From Octopus sinensis (taxonomy: Eukaryota), in assembly GCF_006345805.1 (NCBI RefSeq), contig NC_043001.1, positions 65,472,001 through 65,536,000 on the forward strand: a DNA stretch of 64,000 nt, given 5' to 3'. Shown here in pieces: positions 40,216 to 52,658 of the stretch (the first letter of the stretch is position 1; each line of letters begins with the position of its first letter). Under the pieces are notes generated by a model. That model saw only the letters and a list, made by a program, of their open reading frames with translations, did no database searches and had not been told where the DNA came from. The position numbers were made by a program, and so were the translations under genes.

Positions 40216-40757
40216 TTTCATTTTATTCGTTGCCCACTGTGTGTGTGCGTTTGCGTGTGCTGTAAACCAGACTAAGAAAAGCATTTGACACACACACCAG
40301 AATGTGAGTTTTCTGTAAATTTTGCTTAATTGGAGTTTAAATTTTAAAAACTGGACCTGGCATGACGCGATGCATTGTACTCTTAAAAATGCAAGGTAAA
40401 TTGTAATTGAAGAAATCCTATATTGTAGATTTGTATAACTCCCAAAGGGAGGCAGATAAAATCTGCCTTTTATAATAAGAGATACACATATCTCTTATTA
40501 TAAAAGGCAGATTTTATCTGCCTCCCTTTGGGAGTTATACAAATCTACAATATAGGATTTCTTCAATTACAATTTACCTTGCATTTTTAAGAGTACAATG
40601 CATCGCGTCATGCCAGGTCCAGTTTTTAAAATTTAAACTCCAATTAAGCAAAATTTACAGAAAACTCACATTCTGGTGTGTGTGTCAAATGCTTTTCTTA
40701 GTCTGGTTTACACCACACGCAAACGCACACACACAGTAGGCAACGAATAAAGTGAAA
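40216..40757. repeat. Near-perfect palindrome: 269-bp arms with a 4-nt loop (CACA)
   Basis: 40216-40484 is the reverse complement of 40489-40757 with no net indel; three mismatches seen, all in the outer ~45 bp. Confidence 0.95.
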
Positions 40758-40984
40758 CTAGATGTAATATTTGTTTCTCTCTATCACGCTGATAGATACA
40801 TGAGTAAAATGTATGGGAAGCTAACACATAAGTGTGAGTGAAAATGTTCTTGGAAGAGAGTAAATAGCCAGAGATAGTTAGTAATAAAGTAAACATACAC
40901 TCATACATACATACATACATACATACAACATACATACACACACATACATACATACACACACACATACATACATACACACATACA

Positions 40985-41016
<32 letters not shown>

Positions 41017-41288
41017 CATACATACATATACATACATACATACATACACACACACATACACACACACACAGTATTGAAGCTTGAGAACAATCAGATACAT
41101 TTGCAACACATCTGTTGAAAATATTATTGTTCACACACATACATATACATATATACATACAGACAGACAGACAGATAGACACACACACACACACATGATC
41201 CAGCATGGCCACAACCTCAAGGCTGAAACATATAAAAGAATAACAGAATATAAATGTGTGCATGTGTGTGAGAGAGAGAGTGTGTGTG

Positions 41289-41320
<32 letters not shown>

Positions 41321-41519
41321 TGTATGTATGTATGTATGTATATATATATATATATAATAATGCGGTTTTTTCAACAGCTTGAACTAAAAGTCAGAGGGGA
41401 ATGGGATAAACTACTTATATTAACTTGCTATAAAAGCAGGTAGTAATTTTATCTTGTCCTTATTCATAGTGCAAGTTTTGAAGAGTGCATTTCGATTTTA
41501 ACAGCTATTTTTTTCAAAG

Positions 41520-41790
41520 CTATATTGGAACAGCCTAGAAGACGAGCCTCATCCTGAAAGATCTGTAGAACTCGACAAGGACATCCTGAAAACCCTGGTG
41601 GAACAAAATCTCATCGTAACTGTTGAGGAACTAGCAGAGAAGCTTGGATTTGGTCATTCAACCATTCATTGAGACCTGTGTGCTATCGGAAAAGTCAGCA
41701 AATTGGGTCAATGGGTTCCTCACGAACTTTCCGAGTCTAATTGCATGCAGAGAGTGAATGTATGCTTTTCTTTGCTGTCACATCTCACCA
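41520..41790 (+). mobile_element. mariner transposase fragment
   Basis: LEDEPHPERSVELDKDILKTLVEQN..VTVEELAEKLGFGHSTIH*DL..IGKVSKLGQWVPHELSE (HTH region plus WVPHEL). Confidence 0.8.
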
Positions 41791-41807
41791 CTACTGCGCT
41801 ATGTATA

Positions 41808-42445
41808 TCTATATATATAAAACTGTAGTTGTGTGAGTGTCTGTCCCCTTCGATTTAGATTCCTAACTACTCCCACATTTTGCGGTGCAGTTTAACCAAA
41901 TTCGGGTAGCTTATAGTCGTGATTCATAGCGAGCCCGTCTGAGTATTAGCGCGCGTCTACGATGAGTCTACGATTTTAAAAATAATTTAACATCATTTTT
42001 TTATTCCATTTTAATGCATAATTTTTCGTGTGTCGATGGCGGCGGAGTTGGCGTCCACGCTCACACCTGCACCTGTGGGGAAGGGAGTGTAAGGAAATCA
42101 ACGTCGTAATGCGTTGTCAAGGAGACCAGCGTTCTTTTAGAACAACGACTTCATGGCTTGAAGACACCAAAACAGAAATGGCTAAGAAAGCGTCTACATG
42201 AGTCTACGATTTAAAAAAAAATTTACCATCGTTTTTTTTCCATTTTAATGCATTTTTTCGCTATTATATAAGGGAAGTAACTCTCTAAAAATGTCTACGA
42301 TGAGTCAACGATTTTTCAAAAAATTTACCATCATATTTTTTCCATTTTTAATGCATTTTTTGCTATTTTTTGGCTATAACTCTCTAAAAATGCTTATATA
42401 GTTATTTCCCTTACAAACCCGAGCAACGCCGGGCGATACTGCTAG
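41808..42445 (+). mobile_element. Non-autonomous Helitron, family H1, longer variant
   Basis: A|TCTATATATATAAAA ... CCCGAGCAACGCCGGG-CGATACTG-CTAG|T. Confidence 0.88.
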
Positions 42446-42588
42446 TATATATATATATATGTGTATATGCGCACATATATATATATACATATATATGTAC
42501 ATACATCATATCTATATATCGTTTGTATATTTAACTCGTTTGTTTTTGCACTTCGTGTTGTTTACAGGTGACGTCCTGTACCCGTATA

Positions 42589-42665
<77 letters not shown>

Positions 42666-43116
42666 ATATTATATATATATATATGTATAACTTATTTAAT
42701 TGAACGCCACGCATCCATTTCCAAATTAGTTTATCTTAATCTTTTTGATACAAATCTACTCTACACTGTTTTCTTCCCCATCCTTCTCTCATTCCCTTTT
42801 TCACCCCTTCACCGTTTTCTAGCTGTCTCTTTCTCTCCCCGTCTTTTTGTTTTCCTCCCTCTCTCTCTCTCGTTGCTCACACATGACCACCGTCCAGCTT
42901 TCTATTCTTGCACGACATTCTAAGGACTGGACATTTTTCTATCTCTTTCTTCTATCTTTTCTATTTTCAAAGATAGTCAGCCGACAACTAATGAAGGGTC
43001 GTTCTCTCTGTTACTTGTCCTGTTTTCCATTTTCGCTCGTTGTTTGCGTATTTAACTCGTTTGTTTTCGTACTTCATGTTGTTCACACAGTTGGTGACGT
43101 CCGTACCTATATATGC

Positions 43117-43149
<33 letters not shown>

Positions 43150-43151
<2 letters not shown>

Positions 43152-43790
43152 TGTGTGTGTGTGTATATATGTATATTTTTGAGTGTCTGTTTGTTCCCCC
43201 ACCATCGCTCGACAACCGATGTTGGTGTGTTTATGTCCCCGTAACTTAGCGGTTCCGCAAAAGAGCCCAATAGAATAAACATTAGGATTACAAAGAATAA
43301 GTCCTGAGGTCGATTTGTTCAGCTAAAGGCGGTGCTTCTGCATGCCCGGAGTCAAATGACTGTAACAGATAAAAGAATAATATATATATATATACTCTTT
43401 TACTCTTTTATTTTTTTCAATCATTTGGCTTTGGCCATGCTGGAGCACCACCTTTAGTCGAGCACATCAACCCCAGGGCTTATTCTTTGTAAGCGTAGGA
43501 CTTATTCCATCGGTCTCTTTTGCCAAACCGTTAAGTTAGGGAGAAGGAAATACGCTAGCATCTTTTGTCAAGCGATGTTGGGGGTACAAACACAGACACA
43601 CAAACATATACACACACACACATATATATACATATATACGACGGGCGTCTTTCGGTTTCCGTTTAGCAAATCCATTCACAAGGATTTGGTTGGCCCGAGG
43701 CTATAGTAGAAGACACTTGCCCAAGGTGCCACGCAGTGGGACTGAACCAGGAACCAGGTCAGCAAGCTACTTACCACACAGCCACTCGTA
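43150..43790. mobile_element. Two SINE A copies tail-to-tail (3' half on + at 43150-43385; full copy on - at 43395-43790)
   Basis: Direct similarity to 10072-10478. Confidence 0.8.
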
Positions 43791-43809
43791 CGCATATATT
43801 ATATATAAT

Positions 43810-43868
<59 letters not shown>

Positions 43869-43869
43869 G

Positions 43870-43901
<32 letters not shown>

Positions 43902-44018
43902 TATATATCCATTCATATATCCATATATATATATATCCATTCAAAATCTGACCGCGTGTGTACCGTTGGCGATGTTTTTCCCTCTGTCTTCCTTTCTCTG
44001 GATCTTTCCTTCTCCTAT

Positions 44019-44053
44019 GTTTCCGACGAAGAGCTCCGCTCGAAACGTTAAAC
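44019..44053 (+). ncRNA. Minimal hammerhead-like motif (U4C variant)
   Basis: GTTT-CCGACGA-A-[GAGC TCC GCTC]-GAA-ACGT-T-AAAC: perfect stem I, palindromic ACGT stem III, GUU triplet. Confidence 0.65.
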
Positions 44054-44160
44054 CCTCCTTCTTTCCTTCTTTCCTGAGCGTCCAATAATACTATATTTGT
44101 TCCACGTCCTCACGTTGCTGTGTTTTTTTTGTGCTTTCTTAACTATATATATATATATAA

Positions 44161-44192
<32 letters not shown>

Positions 44193-44304
44193 CATATATA
44201 TATATACATACATATATATATATATATTCAAAATGTGACCGCTTGTGTACCGTTGGCGATTTTTTCCCTCCGTCTTCCCTTCTCTGGATCTTTCCTTTTC
44301 CTAT

Positions 44305-44339
44305 GTTTCTGACGAAGAGCTACGCTCGAAACGTAAAAT
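44305..44339 (+). ncRNA. Minimal hammerhead-like motif (CUGACGA core)
   Basis: GTTT-CTGACGA-A-[GAGC TAC GCTC]-GAA-ACGT-A-AAAT: palindromic stem III, GUA triplet. Confidence 0.7.
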
Positions 44340-44424
44340 CCTCCTTCTTCCCTTCCTTCCTGAGCGTCCAATAATACTATATTTGTTCCACGTCCTCGCG
44401 TTGTTGTGTTTTCTCTTTGTGTTA

Positions 44425-44477
<53 letters not shown>

Positions 44478-44775
44478 ATTAGAGATAAAACCACTATTAG
44501 GCAAATCAAACAGTGAAAAACATAAGCCAATACATAAAATTAAGTTAAAATATAAAAGTTAAAAATAAAAAATTATTTAAATAATTTAAACTTATAAATT
44601 GTATATATATATATATATATATACAAATATATATATATGTATGTATGTATATTTTATATTTATATATTATTTTATTTATCAGTTAATTAATTAATTAATT
44701 AATTAATTTTTTTATTTAAAAAATTTGTTTTTAGAATTATCAAAAGTATTAAAAGTTTAATAAAAGATAAAGAGT

Positions 44776-44875
44776 AAAACACTACGATCGTTTCATGGCT
44801 GTACCAATTCGAATAACAATAATTTAAATTCAATTGATAATTCGAGTTATGGTTACAGTCAATCTTCAGGTTAAT
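44776..44875 (-). ncRNA. Hammerhead-like motif with extended stem II
   Basis: CTGAAGA-T-[TGACTGTAACCA...TCGAAT...ATTCGA...TGGTACAGCCA]-T-GAA-ACGATCGT-A; palindromic stem III; weak stem I. Confidence 0.5.
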
Positions 44876-45329
44876 TGACATAGTTTAAAAATAATCAGAA
44901 ATATTTAAACAATATTTTTAAGATATAAATATTATAATAATTTTACTTATAATAAACTCTATTACCAAACTAGAAACTTAAAACTTAACAATTATGATTA
45001 TATCAAAATCGATTATAATGTTAAATATTAATTTTTAATTTATAAGGTAAGAAACCCACCAATAATCTAATATCGGTAATAGTCTATATCTAATTACATA
45101 AATATTTTTTTAAAAAATTACTATTATATATAAATTATCAATGAAAATATATAAACGTATATAAAAATTATAATTAAGATCTAAAATAATCTCCATAAAT
45201 AAATATATATGCACATATAATAAAGACCTAATAAATTAATTTTTCATATTTAAAGATGAAATAGCTAATTTCAAAAATACAAACAAATAAACTTAATATA
45301 TATATATATATACACACATGCATATATAT

Positions 45330-45753
45330 TCTTTTATTGTTTTATTCTTTCACTCATTTCAGTCATTCGATTGCAGCCATGCTAGAGCACCGACTTTAGT
45401 CGAAGAAATCGACCCCAGGACATATTCTTTGTAACCCTAGTACTTATTCTATTGGGATCTTTTGCCGAACGGCTAATTTACGGGGGCGCAAACATACCAA
45501 CATTGGTTGTCAAGCGATGGTGGGAAGAGCAAACACAGACACACAAATATATAGATATTTAAGCAGATATGCCGATCTGATGAAACTCATTACATTTAAA
45601 CGGTATTTTATTATTCTTGAAAAACTTGTTTTTATTAATTGAATGGAAACAGCTGTAATTTATGAGATGTGTCATTTGTTGTATAAAATAATTAAACTAA
45701 ATTGAATTTATCGTTTAATGATTATTATTATTGTTTTCGTTTCCATTTCTAAT

Positions 45754-45805
<52 letters not shown>

Positions 45806-45962
45806 GATGGGCTTCTTTTAGTTTTTGTCTACCATATCCACTCACAAGGCTTTGGTCGGGCCGAGGCTACAGAAGAAGACACTTGCCCAAGGTGCCACGC
45901 AATGGGACTGAACCCGGAACCATGTGGGTTGGTAAGCAAGCTTGCCACCACACAGCCACTTC
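45330..45962 (-). mobile_element. SINE A halves (3' half 45330-45545; 5' half 45803-45962)
   Basis: Direct similarity to family A. Confidence 0.75.
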
Positions 45963-46905
45963 ATATATATATAAACATAAAAATTTACTTGGAAATGGAT
46001 GTGTGGTGTTCAATTCAATAATAATATAAATGATATAAGAGCTTGTATCAGAAAGGGCAAATATGGAAGACTGGACTAAAAGGAAAGAAGAAAATGAAAG
46101 TGTGTGTGTGTGTGTATATGTGTCTGTGCATGTGCACCTCTGTGTGTGTGTGTATGAGTGAGAATGTATGCGTGTATATGTATATATAAATATATATATA
46201 TATAATATATATATATAAAAGAAATAATTGAGATTCAGTTGAATCAAGTACTTCAGTTGAAGCACTAAGTCCGGTATTATCCGCACACCTCGAAGTAAGG
46301 TGAATAAAATCAAAAGCAACAGGATATCAAGACGTGATGCAGTTTAAGCGGCTCCATTTAATCGAACAATGCAATCATTACATCAATTTAAATGCAGGAC
46401 TATCATCAGCTACATAAATAATTAAAATGTTAATCAGTTGGGCACATTAATATAATTTTTCTCAAATGCTTTAATAGAGCAAGAAGATGGAAAAAATCCA
46501 TGTTGTCGCTATTGTAGCTAAGAATAGACTACTCTTCCAAGAAAGTCATAGACCCCACTGAGGCCATAGATTGTAAAGAATTGAGGTTAATTTCTAATTT
46601 ATTTCTCTTTTTATCAACTACTAAATCTAAGACTAGAGGACTGTGCCTGTTTGGAATGAAGGGCAAGATAGCTCATGGCTAGGTATGGTCAAGACATTAC
46701 TGTCAAGACATTAGGAGTAGTAAATTGGGTATAGAGTAACTGAATGAACCTCAATCCTTTACAAGCTATGAGCGCAGTGGGATTCGTGCCTTTCTTGGAA
46801 GTGTAGTCTTTTCTTAGCTATAACAGAGATAACATGGATTTCTTCCATCTCTCTCAGTTAAAGTATTTGAGAAAAATTATATTAATGTGTCAAACTGATT
46901 AAAAT

Positions 46906-47325
46906 TCTTATTTCTTTATTGCCCACAAGGGGCTAAACATAGAGGGGACAAACAAGAAGTGACAAAAGGGATTAAGTCGATTACATCGACCCCAGTGCAT
47001 TACTGGTACTTAATTTATCGACCCCGAAAGGATAAAAGGCAAAGTCGACCTCGGCAGAATTTGAACTCAGAAGGTAACGGCAGAAGAAATACCTATTTCT
47101 TTACTAACCACAAGGGGCTAAACACAAAGGGGACGAACAAGGACAGACAAACGGATTAAATCGATTATATCGACCCCAGTGCGTAACTGGTACTTATTTA
47201 ATCGACCCCGAAAGGATAAAAGGCAAAGTCGACCTCAACGGAATTTGAACTCAGAACGTAGCGGCAGACGAAATACTGCTAAGCATTTCATCCGGCGTGC
47301 TAACGATTCTGTCATCTCGCTCCTT
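46906..47325 (-). mobile_element. SINE family B, head plus two bodies, ~14-bp TSD
   Basis: Junction AAAGAAATA-GGTATTTCTTCT; AAACT(G/A)ATTAAAAT at 46892-46905 and 47326-47339. Confidence 0.82.
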
Positions 47326-47459
47326 AAACTAATTAAAATCATATTTATTTGTGCAGGTAATGATAGCTCTGCATTTAAATTGATGTAATGATTGCATTGT
47401 TCAATTAAATGGAGCCGCTAGAAACAGTCGTACTGCATCACCTCTTGATATCCTGCTGC

Positions 47460-47523
<64 letters not shown>

Positions 47524-47753
47524 ATCAAAATAAGCAACAGGATATAATATTAAGAAATGATGTAGTACGACCATATATATATATAAACTTATTGTTAATA
47601 AAAGTCGAGATGCGTGGTGTTCAGTTTCTCAATAAATGAAAAATGCATTAAATGCTAAAAAAAACCTACACATAGGACAAAAATATTGTTCACATAACAT
47701 TCATGCATATGTTATGTGAACGATAATACTTTGAAAACAGAGTTTGATATTTG

Positions 47754-47808
<55 letters not shown>

Positions 47809-48018
47809 CATACTAATATATGCGTATATATATAAACTAAATACAATTCACGATAAAGTTTTACAGTTTTATTTTGATTAAAATACCAGCGTCTTCAGAG
47901 TAAAACCTTTTACTACTGTTTGCTTTCTTTAGCTCTCTCAGACTTCACTCATTCCCACTCTGTTGTTTTAATCTTCTCTTTCTAGCATGACCGATGAGGC
48001 ACATTGCATTATATTATA

Positions 48019-48405
48019 CTAGTGGTATAGCCCGGCGTTGCTCGGGTTTGTAAGGGAAATAACTATATAAGCATTTTTAGAGAGTTATAGCCAAAAAATA
48101 GCAAAAAATGCATTAAGAATGGAAAAAAAATGATGGTAAATTTTTTTTTAAATCGTTGACTCATCGTAGACGTTTTTAGAGAGTTACTTCCCTTATATAA
48201 TAGCGAAAAAATGCATTAAAATGGAAAAAATTTTTTTTTTTAATCGTAGACTCATCGTAGACGCGCGCTAATACCCAGAAGGGCTCGATATGAATCACGA
48301 CTATAAGATACCTGGTTTTGGTTAAACTGCACCGCAAAATGTGGGAGTAGTTAGGAATCTAAATCGTAGGAGACAGACACACAACTTGACTTTTATATAT
48401 AAAGA
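48019..48405 (-). mobile_element. Non-autonomous Helitron, family H1
   Basis: Same termini as 38171-38564 (5' TC, 3' hairpin plus CTAG, A|T site). Confidence 0.85.
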
Positions 48406-48442
48406 TGTAAGATAACTTTTTTTTATATATATGTAGCCTATA

Positions 48443-48665
48443 CAGTAATCCCTCGCCATATCGCGGTTCACCTATCGCGGTTTCTTATTTAATCTTACGT
48501 CGATTCCTACGTGGTGTTGTTTTGTATTTATAGTAAAATAAATATATACAAATTATAAAAATAATAAAAGAGAAAATACAGTACAATACTGTTTCTCCTT
48601 CGTGGATTTTCAACTATCGCAGGGGCTTTTGGAACGTAACACCCGAGATAGTCGAGAGATTACTT
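48443..48665. mobile_element. pogo/Tigger-type MITE
   Basis: TA|CAGTAATCCCTCG...ATATCGCGG and imperfect inverse CCGAGATAGTCGAGAGATTACTT|TA. Confidence 0.6.
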
Positions 48666-49319
48666 TATACTTTATAATTCTGTATACGAAACTATATGTA
48701 TGTTACTAGAGTATTACCCTTCTCATGATGGCTTTCTTTTGGCATGGGTAATATCAGGAAATATGGCATACATAGAATAATTATAATGTAACTTCTCTTG
48801 AATTTCTTGCAGCTTATACAAAATGAAATGATTACAAATTTTTAAAAGATTAATGTTTAATACCATAAAATAAAATTGAATAAAACAAATTTCTCATTTT
48901 TACAACTTCTCGCGTTATTCAATTGTTTTCTCCCCTTCTATCTTTGCGATGTTTTTTCTTTCTTTGTTACTGTGTGTGTGTGTATGTGTGTAGTATTCAT
49001 TTATTCATTCCCTGTCTCCAAATCTCGTATGTGCATTCATGTACATCTTTTGTATCTCTTTTTTTATCCCCCTCTCCCACCTCTTTATACGATGTAAAGT
49101 ATGACTGGATAAATCAACCAGCCAACCAGTCAATATCTATGTCACCCTTTATTACAGAAGGATCTGGTGATATATGAAGCTCTTTATATATGCTACAATA
49201 CTTCTATATATGAAGCATTATGTATATGTTATTATTCTTCATGTAAATTAAGCCTTGTGCTTGCTATTCTACTTCTACATTTGAAGCATTATGTAAGTTA
49301 TTATCTGTTTTATAAATGC

Positions 49320-49455
49320 TGTATATGTGTGGTAAGTAGTTCGCTTCCCAACCTCAAGGTTCCGAGTTCAGTCCAACTAAGTGGCACCTTGGGCAAGTGT
49401 CTTCATGCTGTAGTCTCAGGCTGATCAAAGCCTTGTGAGTGGATTTGTTAAACGG
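49320..49455 (+). mobile_element. SINE A 5' half
   Basis: GTGTGGTAAGTAG...GAGTTCAGTCC...GGCACCTTGGGCAAGTGTCTT. Confidence 0.75.
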
Positions 49456-50392
49456 AAGCTATATATCTGTCAGGCACGCAGTGACCGATAACAGAATGTT
49501 GTAGTCGCGTCTACTACTTGTCTGACAATATATGCCTAGGTTGCCAATAAAAGTGTAAAGGGGCCGTGGCTGTTTGCGTGGTGATCGCATTTTATTGGTT
49601 AATTTTCAATCATCATCAACTAATGAGCGATAATTTGGCATGCAGCTGTCTTCGTGCGTGCTTGTTCTGTCGGACGTACCGAAGTGGAAGTGAAAGCTAA
49701 TGGATGTACGTCTGTGTGTGAGTGTGAGCTTGTTCTTGTGTGTGTGAGTGTGTGTGTGTGTGCGAGCGTGTTCTGTTTTTATGTATTTGTGTGTGGAATG
49801 TAGATATAACAAAAACAATGTCGCATTTTAAACTTGAAAAAGATTTGCATATTTGTTCTTACCTGCTTCATTTGTGAATGCACACCCCGTAAATTTCCAA
49901 GAAGAAAACTAGATCAGCGTCGAAAAAGCCGTATGAGTTATAATATTCCATGTATTTTTTAACCACCAAAGAGCCGAAATATTGCAATATGCATCAAAGA
50001 GCCGAAATATTGCAACATGCATTAAAGAGCCGAAATATTGTAGGGAGAAAAGGAAGAAATGTAAATTAACACTTACTATTGATTAATGCGAAAGAAAGAA
50101 ATATAAATGACATTGATTTCTCTTAATTTTAAAACTAAATTAAACAAGATCTGTGGGAGTATACAAGAACACGCTCTCATGCACATACACACACACACAG
50201 ACAAGAACAAGCACGCACGCGCACACACTCGCTCACTCACGCACACATGAACAAGCACGCCCACGCACACACGCGCGCGTGCGACGCACACACACACACA
50301 CACTCAGACATACACCCATTAGCTGCCACACTACTAGATGTACGGTACATATATGAAATATTACAAGCATTGCCTTAAAAAGTACGAAACTT

Positions 50393-51658
50393 GAATTGAA
50401 AAATGCGCACGCTCAAAAGGGTTACAGAAAGTCCTAATAAACCTTAAAAAGTATGGGACTATCATTGTTACTCAAAAATATTGGAATCACTAGACAGGAT
50501 GGCCCAAAATAGGTTTACAGTTATCACGTAGGCACTTTAAAATTCTTTTAAAGCATTCTATTACATTTAAATTTCTATCTTACAATCATATACTTTATGC
50601 ACATCTTAAACAAAGTTTAATTTCTCAGAAGCTCAAAATGTCCTCCTTCAACATTGCAACATTCTTCAAACCTCTTCAGAACACTCTGGCATACAGTGCG
50701 GCACAAATTCTGATCTCCATCAATTCCAGTGAATGCGTCAGAAATGTAATCGTTTAATCCATTTACTGTTTGGGGATTCTTCTCATAAACCTTGTTCTTT
50801 ACAACATCCCCCCAAAAAGAAATCCATTGGTGTCAGGTCAGGTGAACATGATGGCCATTCGATGTTGTCCTGTCTTCCAAACCAACTCTGTGGAAAGGCT
50901 TGGTTAAGGTAGTCTCTTACTGTTAACCCATAATGTGGAAGTGCTCCATCATGCTTCATATTGTTTCGTATTTTTTTAATAATTAAGATCTAAACTGTTA
51001 ATATATGAATGCGAAAGAGATAGTTGAATAACTGTAAACCCACTTTTGGGCCACACTATATGTTGTACAGTCTGTGGCATCCTTTTATCACAAGAAATGT
51101 TAGTTCATTAAAATTAGGTTATATTTATCGTATATTCAATTTTAACAAAACAATTGTGTATAAATACTAATGTCATCTTTACGCAATAATTCAATCTATG
51201 AATGATTATTTTTATAAAAATAATTTAGTAAGAATTTATTTAATTCGCATAACTATTTCATTAATTTGTGTATCATAATGCGAATTATCTTTGCTTATAA
51301 TTACTTCGGCTTCGTATTTTCTCTGTTATATAGATTTACTTCATCATAAATCCTATTTTTTTTATTACCACGGTAATTTGCATGCAGTGTGAAATATGTT
51401 TTTATATACTTTGGGATGAAAATGGAATTACTTATTCTAAATTAAAGATCATACTTTGTACATTTTCAAATTTATATATTAAGAACTCGGTTTAATAATT
51501 ATCGTGACATCGTAATTCACACATGAGTCTCTTTTCGTTTTAAGATGCCACAAAATGTATAACATATAGTGATTCCAATATTCTTGAGCAACAATGCAAG
51601 CATTTTAAGGTTTATTATGACATTTTGCACCCCTTTTGAGTGCGCGCATTTTCAATTC
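50393..51658. mobile_element. Non-autonomous DNA transposon with ~60-bp imperfect TIRs (superfamily unknown)
   Basis: GAATTGAAAAATGCGCACGCTCAAAAGGG...GTCCTAATAAACCTTAAAA (50393-50452) is the inverse of 51600-51658. Confidence 0.65.
50495..51058 (-). mobile_element. Internally deleted DD41D (rosa/Visitor-type) Tc1/mariner element
   Basis: ~30-bp TIRs (GGCCCAAAA..GGTTTACAGTTAT); minus strand 50953-50610 reads HDGALPHYGLTVRDYLNQAFPQSWFGRQDNIEWPSCSPDLTPMD, with 41 residues between the two Asp, then a frameshift before ..VKNKVY. Confidence 0.8.
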
Positions 51659-51664
51659 TAGTAC

Positions 51665-51723
<59 letters not shown>

Positions 51724-51727
<4 letters not shown>

Positions 51728-52420
51728 GAAGAGTACAGTGTACATTCAAACACAAAAGAGATACCCAAAGAATAGGATATCTGACTCACTAGAAAGAGCA
51801 GTTAAACTTCAAGCCACTAATTGTTGTAATTCCGAAAGTGATTGAAAAATATAAACTTTTACCTTAATCCTAGACCCTGCAAGATTTCTGCAGACTTAAA
51901 TACAGATTGAAATAAAATAATTTCAGTCTATATCTGGCGCTGCGTCTTCAGTAGGTTGCCAGGAATGAACACATAGACACGGAACGATAAATAATCAGCC
52001 ACGAGTCTATAGGTTCTAATTTTTTAAATCCGCCGCGCAAATGCAGAGCTCAACCGGCACTAAATAAGTAAATTGTCGATTTTCTTCCAAAATTAGCCAA
52101 AAAACATTTTATCATTAATTAAAATCTAAGGGTAGCAAGAATATTTATCGAAAAAACTCTTACGGTAAAAGTTTTTATTTTTATTTTTCAATCACTTTCG
52201 GAATTACAACAATTAGTGGCTTAGAGTTTAACTGCTCTTTCTAGTGAGTCAGATATCCTATTCTTCGGGTATCTCTTTCGTGTTTGAATGTACATTGTAT
52301 TCTTCTCTGAATAATGTATAGTCTATTGACTAATTTTTTCCTTCTCGCTAGACCACTGGTAACTAAGAATTTTTTCAATAAATATTCTTGCTACCCTAAG
52401 ATTTTAATTAATGATAAAAT
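51724..52420. repeat. Interleaved inverted repeats A-B-A'-B'
   Basis: 51724-51863 inverse of 52164-52309; 52106-52156 inverse of 52370-52420. Confidence 0.85.
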
Positions 52421-52658
52421 ATATATATATGCATCAACTTTCACCGCACAATGATGTCTTATATTAACTACAACAACCCAATACATTAAAGTCAGTAGAT
52501 AGATAAGAAAGAACATGAAATCAACAGATAATCGATAATAAAAAAAAGTCAACGAGAGGAGTCCTCAATAGGTAGGGAAAGTCATGTAGATTAATTCGGA
52601 GAAAAACCTTATATAAAGTCCCAGTTTATTCTGCCATCCAGTTGCCTCCTCCTATATA

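Larger units (their letters stand above)
43940..44430 (+). mobile_element. Tandem pair of ~190-bp HHR-bearing units separated by (TA)n
   Basis: 43940-44130 aligns with 44230-44430; the ribozyme cores are 286 bp apart. Confidence 0.85.
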
